Assembly: GCA_043228905.1 (NCBI GenBank)
Contig: JBHGNT010000007.1
Span: forward strand, 14,942,001 to 15,006,000
Length of the DNA stretch: 64,000 nucleotides
Reading direction: 5' to 3'
Origin: Azolla caroliniana
Taxonomy: Eukaryota; Plantae; Polypodiophyta
The notes beneath the pieces were generated by a model. The model was not told where the DNA came from and ran no database searches. It worked only from the letters and a program-made list of their open reading frames with translations. Shown here one piece after another: positions 35,801-50,400 of this stretch (the stretch's first letter is position 1; each line of letters starts with the position of its first letter). A program made the position numbers and the translations under genes.

Positions 35801-38800
35801 ACTTGTTGGGTATAGCCTTTTTACCTTTTGGTAGTGTCAGCTCTTGACCATTCTCCATCACTACTCTAACAACACCAACTCCTTTGATGTTGATAGCATG
35901 CTTATTGCCAAGGTAAACCTTCCCAATGTTACCTACAGAAAATGAAAGAAAGCACTCCCTAGAAGGAATGTCATGAAAGGAGGCACCAAAGTCAATTGTC
36001 CATGATTGAATAATAGAATCTTGTATTGTTCGTAATGCATTTACGAAAGTTGTATCAGTAATTTTGATATTTGTAGCACACAATATGTCCTCTATGTGAC
36101 AAACCCCAACAATGATTCCAGAATCTATATTTGCCTTCTTCTTCTCTTTTCCTTTGTTGTTGTCCACATCATACTTCTTTTCTTTTGTATCTTTCTAATT
36201 CTTCTTCTTACTTTCAAGCTCTTGTTTGTTTGTAAAATCTACAATCAAGCTTTTTATGCCGTTTACGGCCACACTAAAAGCAAGTGATTTCTTTGCCCTT
36301 GCTTTTGCTGATGGTCCTTGGCATCGATGCATTCTTTGTTGCAACTCTGATACTGCCACATAAATTTGGGCAATTGCCTTACAATTGAGCATTTTCTAAG
36401 TTCAATCATCCATACCATCTCATTTGTTTTCCTCCAATGCTTTTGCACATCCTTGTAAGTAAAGTGTGTTTTCCATTCTAACCTTCCATAATTCGAATCT
36501 AGTGCCATCAAAATTCCTGAATTCTACCCCAACATTGGCTGATGTATTTGCCATGGTAAAAGAAGGAATACAGACACGAAAACAAAACTGCCACTTATTC
36601 AAGGTGGAAGACTAAGCAATGAAGATCTTGAAAGGATGAAACGCTCACTCTGATACCAGTTATAAAGAAGTAGAAGATAGAATAGCAATTTTCTAAAATA
36701 TCTGAAGTCAAAGATGGAGAAACTAAAAACAAATAGATGGTTCAACACATAAGAGTGAGGTTAAAGAAAGCAAAAGTACTTCTACAAAACAAAAAAGTTC
36801 ACAACTTTTAAAAAAAATGTACGAGGTAGGAGTGCACACACATATATGTGCTAGTCAAGATACATAGAATATGCCCTTAGTGTACAAAATATTCTTTAAG
36901 AAGTAAAAACGAGATTGTTAACAAAATTCAGAAAATATTAAATTGTATAAAAACGTTTTTCTAGTTTAGTAGGGGCAACCTAAGGGCCTTTAATACCAAC
37001 AACTTGGGTCACCATGAGACCCTCTATTGCATGTGGTAATTGACCTCTCTTCAAATTTCTAAGACTCTCTATCCAAACCAGCTCTCACAAAGTTTTTGGT
37101 CATTATAGGAAAGAATCAAAGTTACACCTGATTGAAAACCATATTTCGTTTATGTATTACTATAAGTAAACAAAAACTAAGTTTATTCTCTTTTCCATTA
37201 AAATATGAATCCCAATCCTTATTCTCCAAATTAAGGCATGTGTCATGCGTCATGTAGTAGTGATGTTGGTCACTGGCAATAACCTTTAGAGACTCCTAAG
37301 AAGATAGGAAAACATCATATGATACCAACACAGTAATGGTTATAACAAGGATGAGGATATAGATGATTGCAATGATAATACTAACAATGCCTCTCATTGT
37401 GATAAGTCATCTTAGAAACTTGTTACCTTTAACTCTAGAATCAAATATATATGATATTTCTTTCCTTATCATGTCCACTTTACAGTCTTTTTGACTCTAC
37501 ATGTTACTTGAATACCCTTTAGACATTTTGAACTATGATTATTTATGGATGTCTAGCAGTGTATTGCTTAAAGTTATTTCAAACATTTATACGTATATAT
37601 AGGATTAAGTTCTAGCATCTTTTAGAAAACTTTATGATTTGGAATGCTGATCCTAACCATATATGCTTCAGATAATGACTAGCTATTTATGGATATTTAT
37701 ATCTATATTTTCAAGATCAAATTTCTCCATTTTCAAGGAACCTACATCTAAAATTCAACAATTTCCATAATTGCATTTCTAAAAATGTTGGGTACTATGA
37801 TGAGAAATGAAGGTTTTAGGGTTTATCTATCTATCTATATATAGAGTGAATTCTAGCATTATAACTGTAAAATGTCAAGTGCTGATACTATCTATATATG
37901 TTTCACATCATTACTAATTATTCATCAATATTTTCAAGATAAACTTCTCCATTTCTCAGGGGCCATATGTCCAAAATTCAACAATTTCCATAATGCCATT
38001 TCTAAAACGTATGGCTACTATGATAGAAAATGAATAAGGATAATATCAGAAAAACAAGAAAATTTTGGGGCTTCAAATTTCGAGGGAAAATCATGGGTTC
38101 AAATGATATTAATATGCAAACGATGCTTCTAGAAAAAGTAAACAACCTAATATTAGGATGTCAAACTGAATGGCATACAGTAAATGTACCAAAACAGATT
38201 GATATTAGAAATTTTGGTATTCAATGTGCATATCATATATACATGTACATTTTTTGCATCAAACGTGTACGTCATGCATACTTATGATGTGCGTACTTTG
38301 AGCATAAATACAAATATATGTGATTTTAATTGAAGTAATGAAGAAAATTCCCAACTATATGTGCTTTTTTTCCTAAATATAAATGATCCAAAATGACAAA
38401 CATAAAATATTTCATGGTCGTTTAACATACCTATCTTTCCAAACAACAGAAATGCCTGATAGAATAAGCTCTCCTTCTCAAGCTTGAAGTAGTTAAGAAG
38501 CATCTTTATACCTTCCCACAATGCTAAAACAAGGAATATTCCACATAATGTAAGTGGCATCTTGTATCTGCAAATACATTGTGGAGAGTATTTAATGATA
38601 TTAACAGTAAATATGTTCATTCTATGTGTGTTTGGTTGCCTTCCTAAAGTACGTCCAATTGTTCCATTTTGATTTGAATAGTACCAGAACTGCAAGAGCA
38701 AAGCCCGATTTCATACTCTCGCGGAAAATGTTTGGATTGTGAACCCAATTCCAGAAATAGTGTTTGAAGAAGTGGTAAAAGAGTACCTTATATATACATA

Positions 38801-39417
38801 GATATGGTCATACATACATACCCAAAAACATATGGATACAGATATTGGACATGCACATGCTTACACAGACATTAAAATTAAAATTACATATGCATACATG
38901 CAAACATATACACATACATATACATACATGTACACACATATATGCACTGGAAGTGGAAACGTGGAAGCAAGGAAGCTCAATCAATCCTGTTGTAATTTCT
39001 ATCAAATTTTATACATAATGACAATGGGAGGAAGACTGACTGGACTTACATGAAACAAGCAAGGATCAAAACGGAGAGTCTGAGGTAATTTCCCATGTAT
39101 CTCTTCAAGTTCTCTCCCATCCGAAGCTTCAACTGTGTGCCAGAGATAGGCAGGCCATAGCTTTCACTGATGCCATGGCCACAATCCCAGAATTCCCCAG
39201 TCCAAGCAGCAGGGCGTCGGTTCAAGTCCTCAACGGTCAGGCTTCCGAAAGGATTGACAGCAAAGGACAGAATGGAGGAGATGAATCCTGGGTGGGAGGG
39301 TCGATGCTGATCGACGGCACATTTGTCAAGGTGTTCGAGGTGCCCATTCTCTCGCAGCCATGCTTCGAAGGAAGCAGGGGGGATACTGAGCGAGAGAGGG
39401 TTGGCTACGAAGGCCAT
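32878..39417 (-). CDS. PRA1H: Prenylated Rab acceptor family protein, PRA1.H orthologue, 4 exons
   Basis: Exons 39417-39050 (MAFVANPLSLSIPPASFEAWLRENGHLE...NPF...RMGENLKRYMGNY), 38567-38431 (YKMPLTLCGIFLVLALWE), 33191-33120 (VSTIMMIYFKVALAVCWAGIFSFA) and 32951-32878 (VMIVHSSLRKIT...RKRQ*). All GT-AG and phase-consistent; 5.2-kb intron 2. Confidence 0.9.
33350..33974 (+). mobile_element. Degenerate Copia 3' end (RNase H, PPT, internally deleted 80-bp LTR) in PRA1.H intron 2
   Basis: IQLVNIDTTDYLAYCLTKCL-like RNase H end at ~33750-33815. PPT aagtgggaggt at 33884-33894. LTR tgttgggatta...ttctatcttctcttctttaca at 33895-33974 is homologous to both ends of the LTR at 37001-36661. The left boundary is approximate. 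Confidence 0.6.
33975..37001 (-). mobile_element. Degenerate Ty1/Copia retrotransposon in PRA1.H intron 2
   Basis: 5' LTR 37001-36661; PBS TGGTATCAGAG (tRNA-iMet) at 36657-36647. gag FDGTRFELWKVRME, protease WTIDFGASFH, RT LYQMDVESAFLHGSLDEELYM, RNase H LHCDNESSICLAKNPVYHART. Many stops and a ~190-bp internal tandem duplication (35380-35750). Confidence 0.88.
34807..35165. mobile_element. LTR-like insertion (tgttgga...tccaaca) replacing the RT YVDD region of the Copia
   Basis: TG...CA ends with a 7-bp terminal inverted repeat; tataaata at ~35043. The host RT resumes as MLIARK on the left. No matching TSD. Confidence 0.6.
37595..38035. repeat. Old ~240-bp tandem duplication in PRA1.H intron 2
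   Basis: ttttcaagat...ttctccattt...aaaattcaacaatttccataat...tttctaaaa...tactatga at ~37708 and ~37931. Confidence 0.7.
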
Positions 39418-39439
39418 GAAAACATGACCCTCTCCTCCC

Positions 39440-39472
<33 letters not shown>

Positions 39473-40449
39473 TCTCTTTCAAAACACAAAATACACACAG
39501 AGCACACAGAGTTAGGCCCTTTGGGTTTGCTTTGCATATACATACATACATACATTATTACATATATATGTATACATAACATAAATATATTCATTCATTC
39601 ATTCCTATTCATTCCTTGGGTGCTAATAATGTTAACGAGTTGTTGTTTCATTGAAAATCCTCATGTTGCACCTGTTGCGAGTCCCTCGCTCTGCCTCTGC
39701 CTCCGCCGATTCTGGAACCCCAACTACATATGTCTCCTCTCCGGATATCTCATCGCATTTAATCTCATCAACTGCGAAACATGTCATTGTGCAATTCATA
39801 CGCCATACGGGGGAGCACAACAACCACCCCTTGGCATAACGGCTTGGGTAGCCCAACAACCACCACTTCTTTTGGGTATATGACGGCTTGGGCAGCCCAA
39901 CAGCCACCCCGTGACCTGTATGTATATGGAGGAGCTTCTCCTCATTTTGGGTCGTTCCTCGATTTCCTAATTTACTCACTCTCCTTAATCTTAGATAGCT
40001 CCAAGCAGCTTGTAATAAAACTTTCTTAGAATCACGATTAAGAGTTAATGATAATTAATCGTAGTTTTGGCTTGATATCTCTTAGATATATCACAATAGA
40101 GATCATACGTTTGAATCTCCATGATGATTGGTATATATGTATATACATGTTGTATATAATATTAAAATATTTAGTATTAACCTATTGGATAAAGCTTAGA
40201 TATATCAAAATGGAGATAATGGGTTTGAATCTCCATGATGATTGGTATATATGTACATGCCATTTTGTATAGATATTCATGACACTTTGGTTATGAATTC
40301 TACGAGTCACAATGCATGATCTGGGACTTGGCTCAATGGAATACAATTTTTGTGGCATTAGTAAGTTTCTTAGCAAGTTCCCAATATCACTACTTAGGTG
40401 TATAACCTAACCAAATAATATAGTTTGTTGCGTACTATTTTGGAGTTCA

Positions 40450-41720
40450 AAATGGTTTTCACTTCATATTTGAGACCATTAACAACTCAATAGGAGGTGG
40501 AGGAAGGATTACGTTATCTATAATAGAGCTTGAAGCATAACATCTCAAAAGCGATATATGGAATACTAGATGAAGATACATATGAGGGAGACCGAGACGA
40601 ATTGCAATTTCATTGATATGGTTAGTGATAACATATGGACTAACACACACACAATTCAACTTGTTGCAAGGTCGGTCAATTTGTATGTTACTTTGTAAGA
40701 GCCACACATTATCCCTAACTTGAAACTTAGGTTCTTCTAGTGATGAGTTGAGATGATTATGATTTGTAAATTTCTTATGTGTGGCTTATTTAAATCACGA
40801 GAAAGAGCGGTGCAAACCTTTGGGAGTTGAAGCACACAATTTTTCACTACAAGGTTTTTTGAGGTTTGTGAATGTTCCAACATCATCCGATGAGGATGAC
40901 ATCTTGTGTTGGCGAAGAGGGCAGTATACATGATGGAAGGATGAACATAATTATTGTAAAAAAACTCCTCCGCAAAAGAGCAAAAAGTCAACCCAATCAT
41001 TTTGTTGGTGGTTGATGAGAGAACGAAGGTATTACTCCAATATTTGATTGTTACACTCGGTTTGACCATCCATCTCAAGATGGTAACTCGAATTGACAAT
41101 GAATCTCGAGGAGCTTAAGCAAGTGTTTACAAATAAATCCTAGGCCTCGATCACTAATGATGTCATCATGAAGGCCATGATGCCTTAATACTTCCATTGT
41201 AACTAGTTTTGCTACCTCTTGACCGTTGATAATCTTTGTGCATGGAAGGAAACGTGTCACTTCGTGAACTAATTCGCTACGATGAGAATGTCATCAAAAC
41301 CTTTGGAAGATGGGAGATTGGTAATGAAATTCAAATTAGTGTAAGATTTCCATGGATTATCCAAAATTGGTAAGGGTTGCAATAGCCTATATAGTTGATG
41401 TTGAGGAGTCTTTGACAACACGCATCACAAATATGGATGTAGTTACTAGTCCTTAGAAGCTACAATGATACAACCATTAATACATTTGAGAAACAAATTC
41501 TAAAGTCTTGCAAACACCAAAATATATAGCCATTGGCATGTCATGGCAATCTTGTAAGACTAAGAATCAAGAATGGCCATCAAGAACATATAGTTAATTA
41601 TTTCGATAAAAACAAATTGTCATGCAAATTGAATTGATGATTGTCTTTGATATGATTCATGATATCACGTACAATGTCATATACAAGAAGATCACTACAA
41701 ATGGAATCAATAATAGTTGA
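40450..41720 (-). mobile_element. Degenerate Ty3/Gypsy integrase relic (chromovirus-like 3' end)
   Basis: MTRFLPCTK...HHGLHDDIISDRG, SSYHLEMDGQTE, HQQNDW, HLVFHISLL...PPPPIE; many stops and frameshifts. Confidence 0.8.
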
Positions 41721-41929
41721 ATCAGTTAGTATGTTTCCACTTACAATAACAATTAGCAATTAGGCACACATGTGTTGATGTATGATGCATGACAACCATG
41801 TTACTCATTTGAGTCAACATGTATGTAATATTGCATAAGACATAATGATTATGTGTAGCGGAAGAGATATGAGTGAGTGAGTGAGTGTGTGTGTGTGTGT
41901 GCGAGAGAGAGAGAGAGAGAGATAGATTA

Positions 41930-42790
41930 TATTATCACCTTTGGAGGTCAAATATGACCTATGAGACCAAAAATATTACATTTCACGTGATACGTGTGAA
42001 AGTGAGTAGTGACTCTCGATGTTCAAGAGCTTTACCAATGAATGTTGCCATCGAGAGTGCACATTGTGGTTGTGAGAGAATTTTGTGCAAGGATTGGGGC
42101 CGGTCGAAGAGATGTGGAAAGCATGGTCAAAAGCAGAGCATTGTATCAAAGTGTGATACTTAGATTCGCAAACTTGTTTAGGGCAAAGTGTGCATAGCCG
42201 ACCACTCTCATCACTTGTGCCCGAACACCCTATCTCACATTGCAATGCATGTGAGCTAAGTCGCATGGAAGCAATGGTTCGAATGGCAGATAACGGGATG
42301 GGCTCTAACATGTATCGATGTGTACGGTTTCCCCGTTCCCCAAAGAATATGGTTTTAAGGTTGGGTGCAACATGTGTAGTATAATGCGTGAAGCATGAGC
42401 CTCCACATTTGTCCCATGTCATGATACATTGGCATTGCAAAAAGGCCTCATTTATAGAAGAATCTAGTGATGCATCATGAAGAAAGTGTCTTGCATCCCA
42501 TCTACCAAACCATTTTTCTATATCTTGCATCCAGTCGGAACACAACAATTTGGTTTTATACGGCTTTTGGATCTTTTTGCTTGCTTCCCGTGCAATTCTA
42601 GGAAGTTAATGTGAGGGACTTTTTTGAACCTTAAGCATGTATTCAACAACCCTTTCCATGGCCATGATCTCAATGGGAAATGATCCTATCTCAAGGAGGA
42701 GGAGGGTGTAGGGCGTTTGTTTCTTAACTTGTAGAAACTTTGTAAGAAAATGTTTTTTGACATTTTCAAACTCAAGGAGAGAGATAGTTA
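41930..42790 (-). mobile_element. 5'-truncated non-LTR retrotransposon (RTE-X/L2-like ORF2 C-terminus)
   Basis: FENVKKHFLTKFLQVKKQTPYTLLLLEIG and IASMRLSSHALQCEIG...RLCTLCPKQVCESKYHTLIQC (RLSSHxL...RLC..C...E..H...C cysteine-rich tail). Confidence 0.8.
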
Positions 42791-44474
42791 ACACAAGGAA
42801 TACAAGAAAAACAAGAAAACTTTATTTGACAAGAGAATAAAATAACCAACAATTACAAAGAGAATGAGAAGGGCTTTAACTTTTATGTGTCATAGGGCTT
42901 TAACTTTTATGACACACTAGTTATTATACAAGAAGGTGGAATGTTCACGCACTTGAGTATCCTAGAGCGTGTTCCCACACACAGGAAGTTGGGTTTAATT
43001 CTCAACATGCCCCTTCAAACGCAACTTCTGATCGCCGGATAGTTGGTTTTGGTCTTCGGATAGGCTTCAAGTCGGCTCTGGCTTTGGCTCTCTCCTGTGT
43101 TTGTTTTGCTCCGTTCGACATCGTGTCAGACAACTCCTCATCCATACTCCCCCTCAAGCTCGACTGGTTGGCGGTCGCAAGACCGAGATTCGTCGTGAAC
43201 TATCGTAGCTTGTCGGCTCCTAAGGCTTTCGTGAAGATGTCTGTCGTTTGCAGTTTCGTACTGATGTGTTGTAGGTCGACATCTTCAGCCAAAATTCGCT
43301 CTCAGATGAAGTGTTAGTGCTTGGTCTGAGTTTGAAAGATTGGGTTCATAACAAGGTGAATATTGCTCATATTGTCGCAATAGAGTAGAATCAGATCCGT
43401 AATGTGAACGCCTTGATCCTTCAAGATTCTCTTTAGCCAAACGGATTCGCATGCGACAACGGATGCACCCCTATATTCAGCTTCTGTGCTAGACAATGCA
43501 ACTGTTGGCTGCTTCTTACTGCTCCATAATATGGCGCCACTGCCGAGGGAGAAGATGAATCCTGAGGTTGATTGTATGTCAGCTTTGTAGCCGGCTCAAA
43601 TATGTATCGGTGTACCCTTCGAGTCGAATTGGTGTAGTCGATTTGTAGAAGATGTTGTAATCCATGGTTCCACTCACATACCTTAGTACTCGCTTAACAC
43701 TGTCCAGATGATTGTCACACAGAGTCTGCACGAACTGGCTAAGGAGGTCAACCGGTGTCGAGGTATTCCTCGCGGATGCGTGGAATGAGGCGGGACCTCG
43801 GGGGTCTTGTACCGAAGAGCAAGAGACAAGGGAGAAGGGAAAGGACCCACTACGTGCGAGAGTAGATTCACAGGGACACGGCCCTTCGACACGAAGACGC
43901 GAGTGGGACACCGACACAGAGAGACGCGAATGTATGTATATATATATATTAACAAAGACAAACAACAAGAAGCACGAAGTCAGTTACAACCGAACAGGCC
44001 GGCGAACAGATGCCGATGCCTGTTCGTAAACGCTCAGAAAGAAAGGAGTAGGTTGGAGGGGCTGCCGGAAGCACTCAGGCATTCCTTAGAGCAACGCGAG
44101 CCTCCCGAAAAACCTGCACAGAAAGAAGCTACGGAGTTTGGAAGAGAGAGAAGCCTTCGGCCGACAACCCGACAACACTTCGTCCTCCCTCCCCTCGATA
44201 CTTCCCCCCTCCTCGTCTCCCTCCTTTTATAGGCAAGGAAGGAGCCGTTTCCCATTATCTTCCTACCTACCGAATCTACCTACCTAGGACCTTCTATGTA
44301 CCTAATTCTCTCTTATGTACAACATAAGGAGTACGTGCATGAAGAGCCGGTTCCTACGCTCCGGTGCACCGATTCCGCTTGTGGACGGTTTTCTTCACGA
44401 CATCCGCCCCCACCTAACCGCGCATCCATCGGCATGCGCCAATTGAGTTGGGACGGAGAAAACCGGTCCAGTCT

Positions 44475-47400
44475 TCATTCCCCGCCCGTCGGTTCTTCCT
44501 CGGTTTCGGATCGTTCGTCGTCGCGGTTTAGGTTAACCGGGTCCGGTTCGTCGTCGTGACGCTTTTTGAACGCTTTGATCCGCTTCCCAGCTACCGGTAT
44601 CGCCATTCTCATGCCGTCGAGTTCCGCCAGATGGTACGTCCCGTTGTCGTTGGCGCTTTGTACCACGTAAGGCCCGAACCACCTTCTTGCGAACTTCCGT
44701 GTTGCTCGGTGCTGGTTGTCGAGGCTGTTGTCGTAGACTAGCACCCAGTCGCCTTCCTCAATCTTCTTTGGTCGGAGCCGGTGCGTTCGGTCGAACCGGG
44801 CTTTGTTCCTCGTCCTTGCCACCCGAAGCTTTCCCGCAGCCTGCTCCACGTCCTCTGGTCTTCGCTCGAGCTGTCGTATGCGCATCGCCAACAGTTCCTC
44901 CCGGCTCATCTCGTCTTTCCAGTCCACGGTTGCCCATGAGGAGATCGTACGTTCCATCGGCATGATCGGCTTCTGCCCAAACATGAGCTCTGCCGGCATG
45001 AATCCGGTTACCGAATTGTGCGTAGTTCGGTCCGCCCACAACGCGTAAGGCAACAGCTGCGGCCAGTTCCCGACTTGACCTCCGCATGCCCGAACTAACG
45101 CCTTGACGATCGGTCCGTGTCTGCGCTCCACCTTCCCATTCACCTCCGGATTGTACGCAGTGGTAAGCGAGAGCTTGACTCCTAGCCGGTCGAACAACTC
45201 CTCGGCCTCTTCGGCGTCCAACTCCCCGCGATCAGCCACGATCTTCCCGACGCACCCGTACCGGCATATCACGTCCTCGATCAGGAACAGACATACGGTC
45301 GCGGTCGTTTTGTTCTGAAGGGCTCGGCCTTCCACCTGGTTCGTCAGATCTTCCCGAGCCAGGACCAGATACCGCATCTGTCCTACTCCCATCGGCATCG
45401 TCACCAGATCTACCATCCATTTGAAGTGGATGGTCGGAGGGTACGTAGGGTGAAGCTCGTCCCGATGTCGGACTATGGAGTGCACCTGACAGCTCTCGCA
45501 AGTTGTCACGAACCGATGCACGTCCCGGTACAGTCCCGGCCACCAGTACTTCCCCTTTATCTTCTCGAACGTGGCCCACATTCCACGGTGTCCAGCCCAA
45601 GGGCTGTCGTGGTAGGCCGTCAACAGCTCCTCCTATTCTTCCTTCATCGCCACCACCCGGAGCGGGACGTTGTTCCTCTTCTCCGGGTGCTTCCATAAGT
45701 ATCCGTCCCGGAGAAAGAATCGATATGCTTTCTTCCGGATCCGGTTGGTCTTGTCCCTCGTCCATGACGCATCCGACGTCATTGTCCTTTAGAAACCACC
45801 GATCTGTAACCACTCGCCGTCGTACTTGTTCTCGTCGAAGTCGTTAAGTGCCGGAGTGCTCGTCCCATCGGTCGTCACGTACGCCGCCTCGAAGAAGTCC
45901 ATGCCGACTTCTTCGTCCTCCGAAACCATGCCGCCCTCGTCATCAAACGTCGCCCTCGAAAGCATGTTGGCCATGGCGTTGTCCTTTCCGGAAATGTGTC
46001 GTATTTCCGGGTCCAGGGACTTGATGTACGCTATCCACCTGAGCATCGCCAGGTCCGGTGTCGCACATCCGGAAACCATGCCGAGAATTGGCAGGCAATC
46101 TGTCTCGATAATCACTTCTGTCTCGATCAGGTAGTCTTTGTCGGCCTTTACTGCCGAAACGATACCCCAGAGTTCGCGTTTAACCTGGGCGTACCCTCGC
46201 TGTCGCTCACTAAGGACCTTCGCGCCGAATCGGATCGGGAACCGAATGTCGTCCTCGTCTTCTTGGTTGACGACCCATCCGATCCCGGTCGGACTCGTAT
46301 CCACCGTTATGTATACCGGGGTACCTTTCTCGTAGACAGCCTTCTGGAGCGCTGGTGCTGCCACAAGAGCTTCCTTCAGCTTCCGGACCGACTCCGTGTG
46401 CTCGTCTCGCCACTCGAATTTTCGCCCCTTCTTCAGCAACCCGTATAGCGGCTCCGCAACGTGGGCGTAATGCGGGATCCATATGTGGTAGAATGCGCAT
46501 GCCCCCAGGAACCTCCGAACTTCCGTAACCGAGCTATAGTCGGTCTTCATCGCGGAGATGGCTTCTACCTTTGCTGGAGACGGCTTCCTGCCATATGGTC
46601 CACATAGGTGTCCGACCACCAGGATTTCTTATTGCCCGAAGGCCGATTTCTCCCCGGAGAAGGTGAGCCTCGCACCCTCTAGCCTTTGTAGCACCCTCTC
46701 GCAGTCGTCGATGTGTGTTGCCACGAATCGCCGGCATCCGTCCGGCCCGAGTGTCTCGTCCTTCTCTTCCACCGGGCACCCCTTGATCGGGATATCGTCT
46801 AGAAACGGCATGGTGATGTCCGGGATGCAATCCCTCAGTACTTTGTTCATTGCATTCACCATGTGGGCCACCGAGTTGGTCCCTCCTTGTGGCAGGGTAC
46901 ACATTCGCACTAGGCCGAGGGGAGTTCGCATCGTCGTAATGTCTCTGCTCTCCACGGCTAGCTGGAACTGGTCGTACCCCGAGTACAGATCACCGACCGA
47001 GTAAATCGACCTTCCGGCGAAGGCCTCCGCGAACTCATCTATGGTCGGTCTGATTCCTGCGTTCCGAATGGTCACTCTGTTGACCGACTGCAGGTCTTGA
47101 ATGAAGCGCAATGTTTCGTTTTTCTTTGGTACGGTAAACCATCGATTCGAGTATGGGGCACTTGACGGTTCGAGAATGCCCATATCGACTTTCTGCCTCA
47201 ATAGCTCCATCAACTTCGGGATGTGAGCTCTCGGTACTGGAATCGACTTGAGATTCCACAGTACATGCAGTACCGTGAATATCACCATCGGCTCCACGAT
47301 TGTCGGGTCTACGCACCCGATCTCTTCCGGTGAGAATGCGAAGGCTTTCCCGTGCCTTCCGAGCATTCTACGAAACCGGTCTTCCTCCGCCGGCAGTAGG

Positions 47401-50400
47401 AACCCTCCCCCACCGATTTTGAGCTCCCGGAGCGTCCCGTCGGTGAAGGTGTGACCTATGCAGACCGGATCTCGTAAACTGGGGTTCGATGCAACCCCTC
47501 TAATTTGGGATTCGCTGCCCTCCGGTAAGGGTGCCACGACTGGCCTTACCTTCCGGTCCACAGTCTTGTACTTCGTGCTAACTCGGGCCGTCCGATCCGG
47601 CTCGAGCCCCTGACTGAAGTTCGCGATGACTTTGTACATCTCTTCGGAACATACCGGTATCGTCCGATCTTCGTTAAGGTCTTCTCCGGCTACCTTCCTC
47701 AGCATCCCCAAGGTGTCGTCGAAGGAGACCGCCTCCACGGCTCCGCTGATTTCCTCGTCCGGGCCGAGAACTCTGCACGCTCGAAGTCGCACTTCCGCCC
47801 TTGCCTTTTCTCGGCCAACGATGCCGACTATCATACACCCTCCGTTGTTGGAGAAGCAAAATTTTCTACCTATCGTACAGGGTTTCTTCGGTTTCGGTTC
47901 TATCGTACAGCTGTGGGGTCTTTCCCGAGTGTCCGGACTATCTCGGCCCCACGCCTTGGCAGCCCTCTCTAAAAATCCTCCCGGTTCTCGCCACCGAGGG
48001 ATTCGCGGTTTCGCTCGTGGTTCGGTCGCACCGTCAGAAATTGGACGGAATGGCGCCCGTCCTGGCTTTTGACCCTCGCGTAGGCCAAACCGTGTCCAGC
48101 ACCTTGGTCTCCATTCGCGCCACCGTGATGTATGGTTCCCCTAATATGACCGGGTGCGAGGACGTCTCCTGTACGAAGAAGTGCTGGTCAATCTCGACGT
48201 CGCCGATCTTGACTCGCACGTTCGGGCAGGCCCCGTGCAGTTCCTCGGTGGCGCGCGTCGCCGCCCGTATCTTCTACCCGTGCTTGGTGTTGATCGGCCA
48301 CTTTCCCTTCTTATAGAAGTCCATGGACATCAGGTTTATTTCCGAACCGTGGTCCACCAGTGCCACCACCAGTTCCTGAACATCTCCGATCTTTACCGGG
48401 GTCTCCTGTTGAGAACTCGACGTTCCTTATGTCCGACGCTCGGCCACAACCGAGATTCTTTTCATACACAGAAAAACAGGTAATGAAACGCGACACAAAG
48501 GGGAGAAATGGTACACAGGAGGTTTACGTGGAAAACCCCAAAATAAGGGAAAAACCACGGCAGCCCACAGGCTGCAAACTGTCACTATGTAGGAATATAC
48601 AACAGTGAGTTCACTGAGGCAACGACCTCGTGCTCTCATATCTTCGCCACAGGCGGCAGTTACAACAGAGGCCACGACCTCGTCTCTCTCTCTCTCTCTC
48701 TCTCTTTACAGTTACGCGCTCTCGCTTCTTCTTGCACCAACAAGGAAGAATAACAACAACAAAACGACCACAACAAAAAGTTTGCCCTAAGTCATATTTA
48801 TACTAATATGACTTTTCGGCTATTTACAAATGTAGCCTCGATGGGCTCTCATAAACATATTTACGAATATGTCTCTTCCTCCGGTTCATACCGGGCTTGC
48901 ACCATCCGGCTCTCCGCAGTCGGGTACTCCCCACCCGGTTCATACCGGGCCTACACCATCCGGCTCTCCGCAGTCGGGTATTCCCCATCCGGTTCATACC
49001 GTTTCGCCTCGGCCGAGTTTGTTCGTCGGCACTGTTCTTCTCCCTTCCCATCCGGAGGGACCTGTCTCCCAACATCTCCGTGGTCGCTCGGGCCTAGTGT
49101 GGCCTCGAATAGTGGCTCTCCGCCCACTCATCTTCCAGCGCCAAGTCGTCGATGTGCGTCGTCCGCACCTCCACCGGTCTTTCCGGTTCCGTCTCCGTCA
49201 ACAGCCTCTTCCGCTTCACCAAGTCCACAATGGAGTCGTGGAACTCCTTCTTGGCGATCCCTAGCACCTCCCGCAATGACAGCTCCACTTTGTTGTCGAG
49301 GATCCGTTCTTCTAGGACCTTTCCTAGGTCCGTGGTCCTTTCTATTTCCGTCCCCAGTCGGTATCCGCCCTTCCTGGGGTTATCTTGCGCGCTGGACCCA
49401 CCGGTTTCGTTCCGTCGTTGCCCGAATCGGGTCTCGTATCGTTGTGAGGGCCCGACCGCTCCGGCTTTCCCCACTCGTTTGTCCTCTACCAGAGCCTTGT
49501 AGTTCCGGTAGGCGGCTTCTACGAAGCCCGTCTTCTCCTCGACCGGGTCGCTCCACCCGGTTATTTCCCGGACCCGTCTCTCAGCGCGGTCCGCTTCATC
49601 TTTCCTCAGTCGTGCGCCGGCGAGGCCTTCCAGCATTGCTGACCAAAATCCGTCTTTGCTCTCCTTTCGGGCCTCGCTGCCCCCGACCCGAATACCGGTC
49701 GATGCCGAGTAGTGGATGGCCTCCACGTGTCGGGCCGCTGCCTCTTCCATTAGTCTCTTCATACCTCCTCGCCCGTCATTTCGGTTCAAGGCCCTTCTGG
49801 TATCGCCGGCATGCACCCGACCTTCCCACAGGTACACCACCCGGTTCCTCAACGCCTCTGCGAAATCGCCGCAGTCCTTCCGAATGTGGCTGACCTCGTC
49901 GCACCACATGCACCTGTTCCCTGCTGCCGGCCGTCGGTCACGAGCCGGTTCGCTGCCTTCCCTTCGAGTCTGAGCGATCTGGAGATCCTTTATCGCCCGC
50001 GTCAACTCCTCCAGCGCTGCTCCTCCGGACGAGTCATTGACCATGCCGGTCGAAGCAGAACCGGTTTCGAGCCACTCCCGGGTCTCTGCCCTTCGCCCTT
50101 GCGGTGCTGGTTCAAGCCTCCTTGCTGTGACAGAGGCCGCACCGGCCGCCCCGTTGTCAGCCCATTCTCGCTGTTTGTCGAAACGGCCACAAACTCTCTT
50201 AACCGCAGCCCAGTCGATCGTCAGCCCGTCTTCGGTTTCTAGCAAGGAGCCGACTTGATCCCGGTCCCGCTCGTCCACCGACTTGATGAACAGTAGGACC
50301 CGGCTCGTATCCAGAATGGTTCGGTCAAGCGCCGAAAGGCGCGCAAAGCGTTCCTCAAACTCCCGGAGGAGTGCCGACGTGTTTCTTCCCTTGCCGGGGG

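Noticed and set aside
48808-49893. 361-aa plus-strand ORF and other antisense ORFs over the Gypsy
   Set aside because: Shadow ORFs of GC-rich gag-pol. This one crosses the solo-LTR junction and has no recognisable domain.
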